Shown here in pieces: positions 35,237 to 43,935 of a stretch of 64,000 bases of DNA. Position 1 is the stretch's first letter. Each line of letters begins with the position of its first letter. The notes beneath the pieces are model-generated. The model was given only the letters and a program-made list of their open reading frames with translations. It had not been told where the DNA came from and ran no database searches. Both the position numbers and the translations under genes were made by a program. The DNA comes from Nitriliruptoraceae bacterium (GTDB lineage: Bacteria > Actinomycetota > Nitriliruptoria > Nitriliruptorales > Nitriliruptoraceae). The DNA lies in NCBI GenBank assembly GCA_007136095.1, contig SLHP01000006.1, forward strand, positions 8,701 to 72,700. The letters run 5' to 3'.

Positions 35237-36112
35237 GTGCGACTGCACCTCATCGACGGGACCTTCGAGCTGTTCCGGGCCCACTACTCGAAGCGTCCCC
35301 GCCGCACGGACCCGTCCGGCGCCGACATCAAGGCCACCGTCGGGGTGGTCGGCTCGCTGCTGGCGCTGCTCGAGGACGAGGACGAGGCACCGACCCACCT
35401 GGCCGTGGCGTTCGATCATCCGATCGAGAGCTTCCGCAACCAGATGTTCGATGGCTACAAGGACGGTTCCGACGTCGATCCCGCCCTCCTGGCGCAGTTC
35501 GGCGGCGTCGAGGAGGCGGTCCGCGCCCTCGGCCTGACCGTCTGGCCCGTGGCGGAGCACGAGGCCGACGATGCGCTGGCAACGGCGGCGGTGCGCTGGC
35601 GCGACGAGGTGGACCAGGTCCGGATCCTGACCCCGGACAAGGATCTCGGTCAGGTCGTCGAGGGCGACCGGATCGTCCAGGTCGATCGGATGCGGGGGCG
35701 CCTGATCGACGAGACGGCGGTTCACGATCGCACCGGCGTCGGCCCGGCCTCGATCCCCGACCTCCTCGCGCTGGTCGGCGATGCGGCGGATGGCATCCCG
35801 GGACTTCCCGGGTTCGGCGCGAAGACCGCAGCGGCCCTGCTCGGCCGGTACGTGCACCTCGAGGACATCCCCGCGTCGGCCGATGACTGGGACGTCCAGG
35901 TGCGGGGCGCGGACCGGCTGGCGACGACGCTCGTGGAGCGTCAGCAGGACGTGCTGCTCTACCGGGACCTCGCCCGCCTGGTCACCGACGTCCCGCTGCC
36001 CGACACCCTCGAGGATCTTGCCTGGCACGGCGTCCCCAGGGAGGACTTCCTGGCCTGGTGTGATGCGCTGGATGTCACCCAGCTCCGAGAGCGTCCGACC
36101 CGATGGGCATGA
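35237..36112 (+). CDS. 5'-3' exonuclease (FEN / Pol I N-terminal-like, Rv2090-like)
   Basis: The PIN-like N-terminus (LHLIDGTFELFRAHY) and H3TH motif (GIPGLPGFGAKTAAALL) are present. The start is GTG. Confidence 0.85.
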   Translation: MRLHLIDGTFELFRAHYSKRPRRTDPSGADIKATVGVVGSLLALLEDEDEAPTHLAVAFDHPIESFRNQMFDGYKDGSDVDPALLAQFGGVEEAVRALGLTVWPVAEHEADDALATAAVRWRDEVDQVRILTPDKDLGQVVEGDRIVQVDRMRGRLIDETAVHDRTGVGPASIPDLLALVGDAADGIPGLPGFGAKTAAALLGRYVHLEDIPASADDWDVQVRGADRLATTLVERQQDVLLYRDLARLVTDVPLPDTLEDLAWHGVPREDFLAWCDALDVTQLRERPTRWA

Positions 36113-36128
36113 CGCCACCGGTGATCCG

Positions 36129-37808
36129 ATGAGCGATCCCTCGGACGATCCCTCGGGCCAGGACGATGCCGAGCTGCGGCGCGGCTCGTCGTTGGTCGCC
36201 CTCGGGATCCTGGGCTCGCGCCTCACGGGTCTGGTCCGCGAGATCGCGACGGCCCGCTTCCTCGGGACGGGGCCCGGTGCGGAGGCGTTCAAGGCGGCGC
36301 TGCGGATCCCGAACCTGTTACAGAACCTGCTCGGCGAGGGCGTGCTGTCGGCGTCGTTCGTTCCGGTCTACAGCCGACTCATCGCCGAGGGACGCGACGA
36401 GGATGCCGGTCGACTCGCGGGAGCCATCGCAGGGCTGCTGATCCTGATCACCGCCGTGATCGTGACCGTGGCGGTCGTGTTCGCCCGCCCCATCACCCGG
36501 ATCATCGCGTTCGGCTTCGAACCCGGCGGCGAGCGGTTCGAACTGACGGTCACCCTGGTCCGCATCATCACCCCCGGTGTCGGGCTGCTGGTGCTGTCGG
36601 CGTGGTGCCTGGGCATCCTCAACTCGCACCGTCGCTTCTTCCTGTCCTACATCGCGCCGGTGCTCTGGAACCTCGCCATCATCGGCTCACTGGTCGGGGC
36701 CGTGCTGTTCGTCACGACCGATGAGCTCGGCCTGGCCACGGCCATGGGTATCGGTGCGCTGGTGGGCTCCGTGCTGCAGTTCGCGGTCCAGTTCCCGACC
36801 GTCCGCCGACTGGTCCCCCACCTGCGGCTGTCGCTGCGGCTGGACGCGGACGGCGTCCGCACCGTGATCTCCCGGTTCGGGCAGGTGCTGGCCGGGCGGG
36901 GCAGCGTCCAGCTCGGCAGCTACGTGGACCTGTTCGCCGCCTCCCTGCTGGCGGTGGGCGGGGTGGCCGCCGTCACCTACGCGCAGTCGCTCTACCTGCT
37001 GCCGATCGCCCTGTTCGGGATGAGCGTGGCCGCGGCCGAGCTGCCGGCCCTGTCCACGATGGACCACACGGACCGGGTCCGGATCGTGAGCCGACTGGAC
37101 GCCGGGCTCGGTCGGGTGGCCTTCTTCGTCCTGCCCACCGCGGTGGCCTTCATCGTCGCCGGCAACCTCGTGGTCACCCTGCTGTTCCAGGGACGCAGCT
37201 TCTCGGCGGATGCAAGCATCCAGGTGGGAGCCATCCTGTCCGTCTACGCCGTCGGCATGGTGGCCAGCACGGGCTCGCGGTTGCTGCAATCCGTGCTGTA
37301 CGGCAGCGGCGACGCCCGGACCCCGGCGATCTACGCCACGATCCGCGTGGTCGTTGCCGCGGTCATCGGGATCACCGTGATGTTGCCCCTGGATTCGATC
37401 CAGGCGGGCGTCGACGGGTTCGCGATCGTCGACGACATCGGGTGGTCCATCGCCGACGTCGAGGATCGGCGGGCGCCGGAGAGCCTGCTGCGGCTCGGGG
37501 GGGCCGGGATCGCCGTCGGGGCGGTGATCGGTGCCTGGTGCGAGTTCGCACTGCTCCGCACCCGGGTCCGCGTGTTGTACGGACGCGTGCAACCACTCGG
37601 CCTGCACGGGCGGGCGTTGCTGAGCAGTGCCCTGGGCGCTGCCGCCGTCGGCCTGGTCGCGCGGTGGGTCGTCGGCACCACGGACATCCCCATCCGACTC
37701 GACGCCCTGGTGGTCCTGGCCGCGGTCGGGACGACCTACCTGCTGTTGACCCGCGCGCAGGGTGTCCCGGAGGCCAGGGAGCTGCTCCAGCGCGTCAGCC
37801 GGGGGTGA
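36129..37808 (+). CDS. murJ: Lipid II flippase MurJ (MviN)
   Basis: GSRLTGLVREIATARFLGTGPGAEAFKAALRIPNLLQNLLGEGVLSASFVPVYS and about 14 TM segments. The ATG was chosen inside a longer ORF. Confidence 0.85.
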   Translation: MSDPSDDPSGQDDAELRRGSSLVALGILGSRLTGLVREIATARFLGTGPGAEAFKAALRIPNLLQNLLGEGVLSASFVPVYSRLIAEGRDEDAGRLAGAIAGLLILITAVIVTVAVVFARPITRIIAFGFEPGGERFELTVTLVRIITPGVGLLVLSAWCLGILNSHRRFFLSYIAPVLWNLAIIGSLVGAVLFVTTDELGLATAMGIGALVGSVLQFAVQFPTVRRLVPHLRLSLRLDADGVRTVISRFGQVLAGRGSVQLGSYVDLFAASLLAVGGVAAVTYAQSLYLLPIALFGMSVAAAELPALSTMDHTDRVRIVSRLDAGLGRVAFFVLPTAVAFIVAGNLVVTLLFQGRSFSADASIQVGAILSVYAVGMVASTGSRLLQSVLYGSGDARTPAIYATIRVVVAAVIGITVMLPLDSIQAGVDGFAIVDDIGWSIADVEDRRAPESLLRLGGAGIAVGAVIGAWCEFALLRTRVRVLYGRVQPLGLHGRALLSSALGAAAVGLVARWVVGTTDIPIRLDALVVLAAVGTTYLLLTRAQGVPEARELLQRVSRG

Positions 37809-37841
37809 TGCGGGAACCGGTAGACCGCCGGACCACCCGGG

Positions 37842-38846
37842 TCAGCTGCTGGTGAACGGGTCCAGGACGCCGGCGACGGATCGGATGCTCTCCACCGGAT
37901 CGTCACCCACGACCACGACACGAGCGACGAGGTGGTCCAGACCCCCGTCGCGGTAGCTCGCCAGCATCTCGCCAGGATCGTCGGTGGGCGTCCCCGCCCA
38001 TCCCAGCCCGTCCAGCGCATCGTCCCCGAGCGCCTCCGCGAGGCCGTGGGCATCCGCCCCGTCCTTGTGCGCCTGCTTGGCGCGCGCGATCGCCGCGCCG
38101 AAGCCCTGCCGCTCGAAGTGGGCGGCGTAGGCGTCGAGTGCCGCGTACCCGCCGATCTGCTTCGCCAGGGCCGCTCGGGCGTCGTCACGGTCCGGTGCAA
38201 CGGCGATGCGGACGTAGGTCGCCACCTCGACGTCGTCGCGAGGGCGTCCAGCCGCTGACGCGGCGTCGCGGACGATGCCGGCGGCCCGCGCGACCTCGTC
38301 AGCGCCGGCCCAGTTCAGCAGCGTCCCGTCGGCAGCCGTGCCCGCCAACTCCAGCATGCGCGGCCCCATGGCGGCGAGGTAGCGCGTGGTCGGTGGCGGG
38401 AGAGGGTCCATCGCCAGCCGGAACCGTCGGGACGACAACACCTGACCGTCGACGTCGGTCGGCTCACCCGCTTCGACCTGTGCCAGGATCGTGAGGAGCT
38501 CGCGTGCAGCGGTCAACGGCGAGACGACGTCGGTGCCGTGCCAGGACCCCATCGTGGCCGGATGGCTCACACCGAGGCCCAACAGCAACCGTCCGCCGGA
38601 CGCCTCCTGGAGCGTCGCGGACGCCATGGCCAACTGGGCCGGTGTGCGGGTCCAGATCGGTACCACCCCGATCCCGACCTGCAGGTCGGTGGTGGCTGCC
38701 GCCCAGGCCTGACACAGCAGGAGTGCATCCCGGCCACTGGCCTCGTTGGTCCACAGCGACTGGAACCCCGCAGACTCCACCTGGGCCGCGACCATCTGCT
38801 GGACCTGGATCGGCAGATCCTCACTGATGCCCAGACCGAGCTTCAT
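37842..38846 (-). CDS. LLM-class (luciferase-like) flavin/F420-dependent oxidoreductase
   Basis: The TIM-barrel LLM pattern is present (MKLGLGI...FQSLWTNE...GIGVVPIWTRTPAQLAM...LLGLGVSH). Confidence 0.8.
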   Translation of the reverse strand: MKLGLGISEDLPIQVQQMVAAQVESAGFQSLWTNEASGRDALLLCQAWAAATTDLQVGIGVVPIWTRTPAQLAMASATLQEASGGRLLLGLGVSHPATMGSWHGTDVVSPLTAARELLTILAQVEAGEPTDVDGQVLSSRRFRLAMDPLPPPTTRYLAAMGPRMLELAGTAADGTLLNWAGADEVARAAGIVRDAASAAGRPRDDVEVATYVRIAVAPDRDDARAALAKQIGGYAALDAYAAHFERQGFGAAIARAKQAHKDGADAHGLAEALGDDALDGLGWAGTPTDDPGEMLASYRDGGLDHLVARVVVVGDDPVESIRSVAGVLDPFTSS

Positions 38847-39373
38847 GGCCAGTCTCCCTGTTCGTCGGTCGTCCGAACCTCATCAGGTCCGTCCAAGAGC
38901 ACCAGCAACTGCTCCTGCCACCAGCCGAGGTGGTCCATCACCGCGAGCCGATACTGCAACGCATCATCGTCCGGGATGTTGTCCCGCTCGAGGTGCTCGA
39001 TGCCGATCCTCGCCCCGATGGCGAGTCGCAGATCGTTGAGGACACCCAGCACGAGCAGTGGTTCGTCGTCGGTGAGATCGACGCGGAGCCGACCACGGTG
39101 CAGCCGGGCGCGGTCGAGGATCTCGATCAACGCCCGCAGACCGGCCTGACGTGCTTCCAGCAGCTCATCACGCAACAGTCGTCGGAGTTCCGCATCGGCG
39201 TCGTCGTCTCCCGCCACGGCGGTCGGGAACAGTCGCTCGATGACCGGATCGGTCTCGTCCGCGTGCGCGAGGGTGTCGGACACACCCTGTTCGAGCGTCC
39301 GCAGCAGTTCGACCTCCTGCGGCTCGAACTGTGCCCGGATGGCGTCGCCGCGCGCCTGGAAGACACGACTCAT
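38843..39373 (-). CDS. DUF2017 domain-containing protein
   Basis: An acidic ~175-aa protein lies immediately downstream of clpS, as in other actinobacteria (FEPQEVELLR...RLFP.A...D......R.L....L). Its stop overlaps the LLM start by 4 nt. Confidence 0.65.
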   Translation of the reverse strand: MSRVFQARGDAIRAQFEPQEVELLRTLEQGVSDTLAHADETDPVIERLFPTAVAGDDDADAELRRLLRDELLEARQAGLRALIEILDRARLHRGRLRVDLTDDEPLLVLGVLNDLRLAIGARIGIEHLERDNIPDDDALQYRLAVMDHLGWWQEQLLVLLDGPDEVRTTDEQGDWP

Positions 39374-39380
39374 GAGGGCG

Positions 39381-39761
39381 TCACGACGAGCGTTCCATGG
39401 TGGCCTGCAGCCCGTACCCGTGGAGTTGGGAGACGTACATCTCGGCGCGTTCGCGGGGTTCGGAGGCGACCAGGGCCTTGCCGAGGTTGTGGACCTCGAG
39501 CATCAGCTTGTGCGCCACCGGTTCGGAGAAGCCGAAGACGCGGCGCAGCACGAACACCACGTAGGACATCAGGTTGACCGGATCGTCCCACACGATGACG
39601 TCCCACGGACGGTCCGGATCGGTGCGCTCCTCGAGGTCCGGTTCCTGTTCCCGGACCGGGGCCTCGGGGGCGCCGGACGCACAGGGAGCAGAGGCTGCGA
39701 TCGTGGCCTGCACCACCCGTCCACGGTCGGAGCCGCCGGGGATGGCAACGCGCGAGGCCAC
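39381..39761 (-). CDS. clpS: ATP-dependent Clp protease adaptor ClpS
   Basis: The ClpS core reads [46 protein letters not shown]. The start is uncertain (GTG at 39761 or 39716). Confidence 0.8.
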   Translation of the reverse strand: MASRVAIPGGSDRGRVVQATIAASAPCASGAPEAPVREQEPDLEERTDPDRPWDVIVWDDPVNLMSYVVFVLRRVFGFSEPVAHKLMLEVHNLGKALVASEPRERAEMYVSQLHGYGLQATMERSS

Positions 39762-39772
39762 GGCTGACTCGC

Positions 39773-40078
39773 CTACCGGCGGCGGCGGCGCGCCATGCGA
39801 CGCTGACGCTCGCGGTCCTCGAGTTCGTCCCACGTGGGCGGCGGCGACATGGTCCGGCCGACCGGGTTGTCCGCAGGAGCCTGCTTGGTGACCGTGACAC
39901 CCGTCGCGGCCTGCTTGCCCTTGTCGCCCTCCTCGACCTCGAACTCGACCTCGTCGCCGGAGCGCAACGGCTCTCCGTGGACCTGGTCGCCAGAGACGTA
40001 GACCTCACGGCCATCGAGGCTGGTGAGGAAGCCGTAGTTCTTGTCGGCGTGGAAGACCTTGACGTGACCGTTAGGCAT
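39773..40078 (-). CDS. Cold-shock domain protein with a basic C-terminal extension
   Basis: [16 protein letters not shown]...VYV matches the CSD RNP motifs. The tail ends in RRMARRRRR. It follows a 141-nt upstream gap typical of csp leaders. Confidence 0.8.
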   Translation of the reverse strand: MPNGHVKVFHADKNYGFLTSLDGREVYVSGDQVHGEPLRSGDEVEFEVEEGDKGKQAATGVTVTKQAPADNPVGRTMSPPPTWDELEDRERQRRMARRRRR

Positions 40079-40219
40079 GAGCGGGAGTACCTCGTGTGAG
40101 GGCGATGTGATGATGGGCGGTGATGACTGGCACGCTGGTGCCTTGGCCTCGCGCCGAGCTGGCGAACAGTGCGACGACGCCTGAACCCGGCAGCGTAGCG
40201 CGTCCGGACCCGATGGGGA

Positions 40220-40510
40220 TCAGCCCTGCGCCGCGGCCCACGTTCGCGCGGCCTCCTCGACGTCGTCGTAGGCTCCGGCGACGAGGGTCTCGATCGGGGT
40301 CCGGCCGTGCAGCCGCCGTTGCCCGCTCAGGAACCACCGTGCTGCCGCGTCGTCGCTGACCCACCCCTGCAGGATGCGCAGCACGTCGAGAGCGACGTCC
40401 AACGGTGTGCGCTTGGCGTCGAGGACGGCGGCGAGGAGCGCATCGACGGGATCGTCGCCGATGATTTCACGCAGTTCGGCCTCGTCATCCAACGGGTCAT
40501 CGCGGTACAT
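40220..40510 (-). CDS. DUF2384 (MbcA/ParS/Xre antitoxin-type toxin-binding domain)-only protein
   Basis: A..WF......L.GRTP.E.L......DV......W resembles the DUF2384 C-terminal pattern (ARWFLSGQRRLHGRTPIETL). It has no HTH domain and no adjacent RES toxin. Confidence 0.5.
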   Translation of the reverse strand: MYRDDPLDDEAELREIIGDDPVDALLAAVLDAKRTPLDVALDVLRILQGWVSDDAAARWFLSGQRRLHGRTPIETLVAGAYDDVEEAARTWAAAQG

Positions 40511-40525
40511 CGGACCTCCCTGCGG

Positions 40526-40855
40526 TCACGATCCGCGCTGCAGGGCGGCGTGCTCCCGCTCGCACTCGGTGACGAAGGCCTCTGCCGCAGCCTCCCGGTC
40601 CGGCAGGCTGCGCAGTTCCTCGGCGATGATCGCGAGCCGTGCCTCGACCGCCTCGGCGAGCGCGGTGTCGGTGTGGCGGATCGCCCGCCGGAGCCGCCGA
40701 TGGATGCCGTCCGCGTGCGCCTGCCCCTCGGCCATGAACCGACGCAGGCGACGGGCCTCCTCGGCCAGGTATTCGCTGTAGCGCCGGATGCCGTCGAGTT
40801 CCTCCCGTGCCCGCAGCAGGGTGAAGTAGGCGGCTTCCTGCTCGTCGCGACCCAT
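40526..40855 (-). CDS. Hypothetical helical/coiled-coil protein (109 aa)
   Basis: The composition is Arg/Glu/Ala-rich and helical. It is tightly spaced between the SRPBCC and DUF2384 genes. No family recognised. Confidence 0.45.
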   Translation of the reverse strand: MGRDEQEAAYFTLLRAREELDGIRRYSEYLAEEARRLRRFMAEGQAHADGIHRRLRRAIRHTDTALAEAVEARLAIIAEELRSLPDREAAAEAFVTECEREHAALQRGS

Positions 40856-40856
40856 G

Positions 40857-41291
40857 TCAGGCCTGCTCCTCCGCCCGTGCCTTGAGCCCCGTCAGTCCCT
40901 GTTCGAGGATGGTCTTCGCGGCGCGCTTCTTGAGGAAGCCGGGCAGTGGGAGGTCGACGTCGACCTCGAGCGAGTAGGTCACCGCGGTCCCGTCGCCGTC
41001 CTCGGCCAGCGCGTAGAGGCCGTCGAGCTGCGAGATCGTGTCACCTTCGACCAGGTACCAACTGATGTCGTAGTCGTCGTAGCGGTACTCGATCGTGTAG
41101 GTGATCTCCGAGACGCGGGCATCGACACGGAACCGGGCCTGATGGGGGTAGCCATCGTCGTTGATCTCGAGCAACGTCGCTTCCTCGACACCGTCGGTCC
41201 ACTCGGTGTAGGAGTCGATGTCCGTGATCACGTTCCAGACCGTGTCGATCGGCGCGGCGATCGTCGTGCGATCCGAGACCTTCTCTCCCAT
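40857..41291 (-). CDS. SRPBCC (START/cyclase-dehydrase-like) family protein
   Basis: The N-terminus reads TTIAAPIDTVWNVITDIDSYTEWTDGV, and the length and beta-rich pattern are typical of polyketide_cyc2 proteins. Confidence 0.7.
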   Translation of the reverse strand: MGEKVSDRTTIAAPIDTVWNVITDIDSYTEWTDGVEEATLLEINDDGYPHQARFRVDARVSEITYTIEYRYDDYDISWYLVEGDTISQLDGLYALAEDGDGTAVTYSLEVDVDLPLPGFLKKRAAKTILEQGLTGLKARAEEQA

Positions 41292-41322
41292 CGGGCCCTC
41301 CTGGTCGTGGTGACGAGGCAGC

Positions 41323-42354
41323 CTACCGAGCGTCGTCGTCGGCCAACTCCGCGGTCAGGCGTTCGACGCCGGCCTCGAGTTCACGCAACTGCCGGACGTC
41401 CCGGGTCAGCTGTCGGCGCAGATCCTGGACCTGGGTCACCGCGGCACCGAGGCCCTCGCTGCCGTCTGAGGGCCAGGCTGGGCAGATGTCCCGGTAGTCA
41501 CACCAGTCGCACAGGCGGTTGGGCGTCGGATCGAAGGACGCCGCACGCACGGCTGCCGCGGTGTCCAGGATCGTCTGCCGGGCACCGTCGAGGTCGATGT
41601 CCCCGATCGGCACGGTGATCATCACACCAGGGACCACGAAGTCGAGCGACACGCTGGCCGGCAGAGCGCCGAACAGGTTGCGGCAGGCCAGCGCGTAGAT
41701 CGCCAACTGCAGCGACCGCGCCACCCGGGCCCGGGCCTGGACCTTGCGGTTGGTCTTGTAGTCGATGATGTGGAACCGGCCGTCGTCGTCGAGGTCCACA
41801 CGATCGATCGAACCGACGACGACCGCTTCGTGCGCGATGGGCAGTTCGAACCACGCCTCGGTCGACGCCGGGAGGCGGTAGCTGCCGGCCACCCGCTGGT
41901 GGTAGCGACGGAGCACCTGTTGCGCGTGGCGGTAGAAGTCGAGTTGTTCGGACCGTGGCAGATCGCGGAACCCGGAAGCGTCCCAGGCGTCGTAGAGGAA
42001 GCCGAGCAGTTCCTCGACGGTCGGACACGAGGGCAGTTTGCGGTCGTAGAACGCCTCGAGGGCCCCGTGGATCGAGGTGCCGAAGGACAGGTGCGGCCCC
42101 GGGACCCCCGGGAGACGGTCGACGTAGGCGTAGCGGAACTTCCGGGGGCAGTTGCGGTAGCTGTCGATCCGGCTGAACGACAACCGGATCCGGCCCTGCG
42201 CATCCGTCAGCGGTGGGGATGCGGGTTCCAGTTCGCCGAAGGTCCCTGGCGGGGCACGGTCGACGTCCAGCAGCCGCAGCGCGCCGTCGGGGTCGATCGA
42301 CGACGGCGCGGCCGGGGGCTGTTCGGCTGCAGATGGATCCGGAACGTTGCTCAT
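41323..42354 (-). CDS. PD-(D/E)XK nuclease family protein (RecB/Cas4-like, C-terminal Cys cluster)
   Basis: SFSRIDSYRNCPRKFRYAYV and the core GSIDRVDL...IIDYKT are present. The C-terminus CDWCDYRDICP matches the Cas4/AddB-type Fe-S Cys pattern. Confidence 0.75.
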   Translation of the reverse strand: MSNVPDPSAAEQPPAAPSSIDPDGALRLLDVDRAPPGTFGELEPASPPLTDAQGRIRLSFSRIDSYRNCPRKFRYAYVDRLPGVPGPHLSFGTSIHGALEAFYDRKLPSCPTVEELLGFLYDAWDASGFRDLPRSEQLDFYRHAQQVLRRYHQRVAGSYRLPASTEAWFELPIAHEAVVVGSIDRVDLDDDGRFHIIDYKTNRKVQARARVARSLQLAIYALACRNLFGALPASVSLDFVVPGVMITVPIGDIDLDGARQTILDTAAAVRAASFDPTPNRLCDWCDYRDICPAWPSDGSEGLGAAVTQVQDLRRQLTRDVRQLRELEAGVERLTAELADDDAR

Positions 42355-42388
42355 GCAGCGAGCCTAACGGTCGGGTGTGACCGACCGG

Positions 42389-43186
42389 TCAGGGGCCTGC
42401 CGGGGCGAGCAGTGCCAGGGCCTCGTCGTGGAGCCGACCATTGCTGCTGAGGGCACTGCCTCCGTCCGCGGTCCGCTGGCCAGAGAGGTCGGTGAACCTC
42501 CCGCCCGCCGCCTCGACGACGACCTTGACGGCCGCGAGGTCCCACAGGCTGACAGCAGCCTCGGCGGCGACGTCGGTGCTCCCGGCGGCCACGAGGCAGT
42601 GGTTCCAGAAGTCGCCGTAGCCCCGTTGCCGCCGTGTCGCCTCGACGAGCCTGATGACACCGTCGCCGCGTCCGCTGCCCGTGAAGTGGTCGAGACCCCC
42701 GAACGCGACCTCGGCCTCCCCGAGGGCGGCGACCTGGCTCACGCGGATCGGCCGGCCGTCCTGGTGGGCCGGTCCACCCGCCAGGCCGTCCCACCGTGTC
42801 GCCAGCGCCGGTGCGGAGACGACACCGGCGACTTCCTGGCCGTCGACCTGGACCGCGATGAGCGTGGCGAAGACGGGATTGCCCTTGACGAAGTTGGTGG
42901 TCCCGTCGATGGGGTCGAGGATCCATGTCGGGGCGTCGGGCGGCCCCTGCCGTCCGTCCTCCTCCCCCAGCACGGCGTGCCCAGGGAACCGGTCGAGGAT
43001 CATCGAGCGCAGGGTGCGCTCGACGGCCTCATCGACACTGGTGACCCACGTGCCATCGGCCTTGGTGCGGACCTCGAGCTGCTGCCGGAACGCGGGGAGC
43101 GTCAGCGCATCAGCCGCATCAGCGAGTTCCTGACAGATCGCCAGCAGAGCCGCCGCTTCCGGCGGACCGTGCACCGGCTCGCTCAC
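42389..43186 (-). CDS. hisN: Histidinol-phosphatase, inositol monophosphatase family
   Basis: IMPase motifs are present: GEEDG, WILDPIDGTTNF, WDLAA. The GTG start overlaps the upstream stop (GTGA); the ORF opens at 43738. Confidence 0.75.
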   Translation of the reverse strand: MSEPVHGPPEAAALLAICQELADAADALTLPAFRQQLEVRTKADGTWVTSVDEAVERTLRSMILDRFPGHAVLGEEDGRQGPPDAPTWILDPIDGTTNFVKGNPVFATLIAVQVDGQEVAGVVSAPALATRWDGLAGGPAHQDGRPIRVSQVAALGEAEVAFGGLDHFTGSGRGDGVIRLVEATRRQRGYGDFWNHCLVAAGSTDVAAEAAVSLWDLAAVKVVVEAAGGRFTDLSGQRTADGGSALSSNGRLHDEALALLAPAGP

Positions 43187-43650
43187 CAGTCGAAGGTGAT
43201 GCCGTCGAAGCGCAGGATGATGTCGTTGGGCTGGACGGTCAGGGTGACCTCGTCGCGCGGCACCCACAGCGGGATGCAGGGCCCCTGCCCGGCGTGGCCC
43301 ATCAGACAGATCAGCAGGCCGCCTTCGTCGTTGACGCCGATGATCTGTCGGGCGTAGCTGATCAGTTCGATGAAGTCGGCCGTCCCGGCCCGCCGCTTCT
43401 GGTAGGCGGTCGCCCAGCGCGACTCCGAACGGCCGTAGTTGACGATCATCTGCCCTGGCGAGAGCTTGGTGATGCCGTTCAGTGACCGCACGACCTTCAG
43501 CGGCTTGTCCTGCTTGGGGAGCTTGCCGACGCGCACCGCAGCGTCCGGCTCGGCGAGCCGGCCGGGGAGATCCTCGAGTTCGAAGTTGCCGGCGGCCTGC
43601 GCGGCCTTCTGGCGTTCGACGGGGACCTGGACTTCGATCTTCGTGGCCAC
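43183..43650 (-). CDS. Hypothetical protein (155 aa), translationally coupled to hisN
   Basis: AGGAGG lies 4 nt upstream of the GTG start, and the composition is protein-like (MATKIEVQVPVERQ...). No family recognised. Confidence 0.6.
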   Translation of the reverse strand: MATKIEVQVPVERQKAAQAAGNFELEDLPGRLAEPDAAVRVGKLPKQDKPLKVVRSLNGITKLSPGQMIVNYGRSESRWATAYQKRRAGTADFIELISYARQIIGVNDEGGLLICLMGHAGQGPCIPLWVPRDEVTLTVQPNDIILRFDGITFDW

Positions 43651-43824
43651 GTGGCCTCCTGCGTGTGGTGCCGGTCACTTCTGCCGGGAGTGGCTGCCGG
43701 TTGGCGGTGGCAGCCAGGGTAGCTGCGGGTCCGGTCACCGTCCGGGGTTCGCACCCACCGAACGGCCGGAGCGCAAGGTCACGCCGGAACCGTCTCAGAT
43801 CGGCGGTTGTCTCGAGATCAGCCG

Positions 43825-43897
43825 TACTCCCGACGGGATTCGAACCCGCGTCACCACCTTGAAAGGGTGGGATCCTAGGCCGCTGGACGACGGGAGC
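43825..43897 (-). tRNA. tRNA-Glu (anticodon UUC), CCA not encoded
   Basis: The minus-strand cloverleaf starts GCTCCCGTCGTCCAGCGGCCTAGGA. The anticodon stem is CCACC/GGTGG with loop CTTTCAA, and the T-arm is GGGTTCGAATCCC. Confidence 0.85.
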
Positions 43898-43935
43898 ACA
43901 TCCAGCTCACGCCGGACGGTCGGCAGGCTACCGGT

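Noticed and set aside
40079-40219. RES-domain toxin expected downstream of the DUF2384 gene.
   Set aside because: The gap is only 141 bp, has no ORF, and is followed by a cold-shock gene. No RES-like sequence was seen in any frame nearby.
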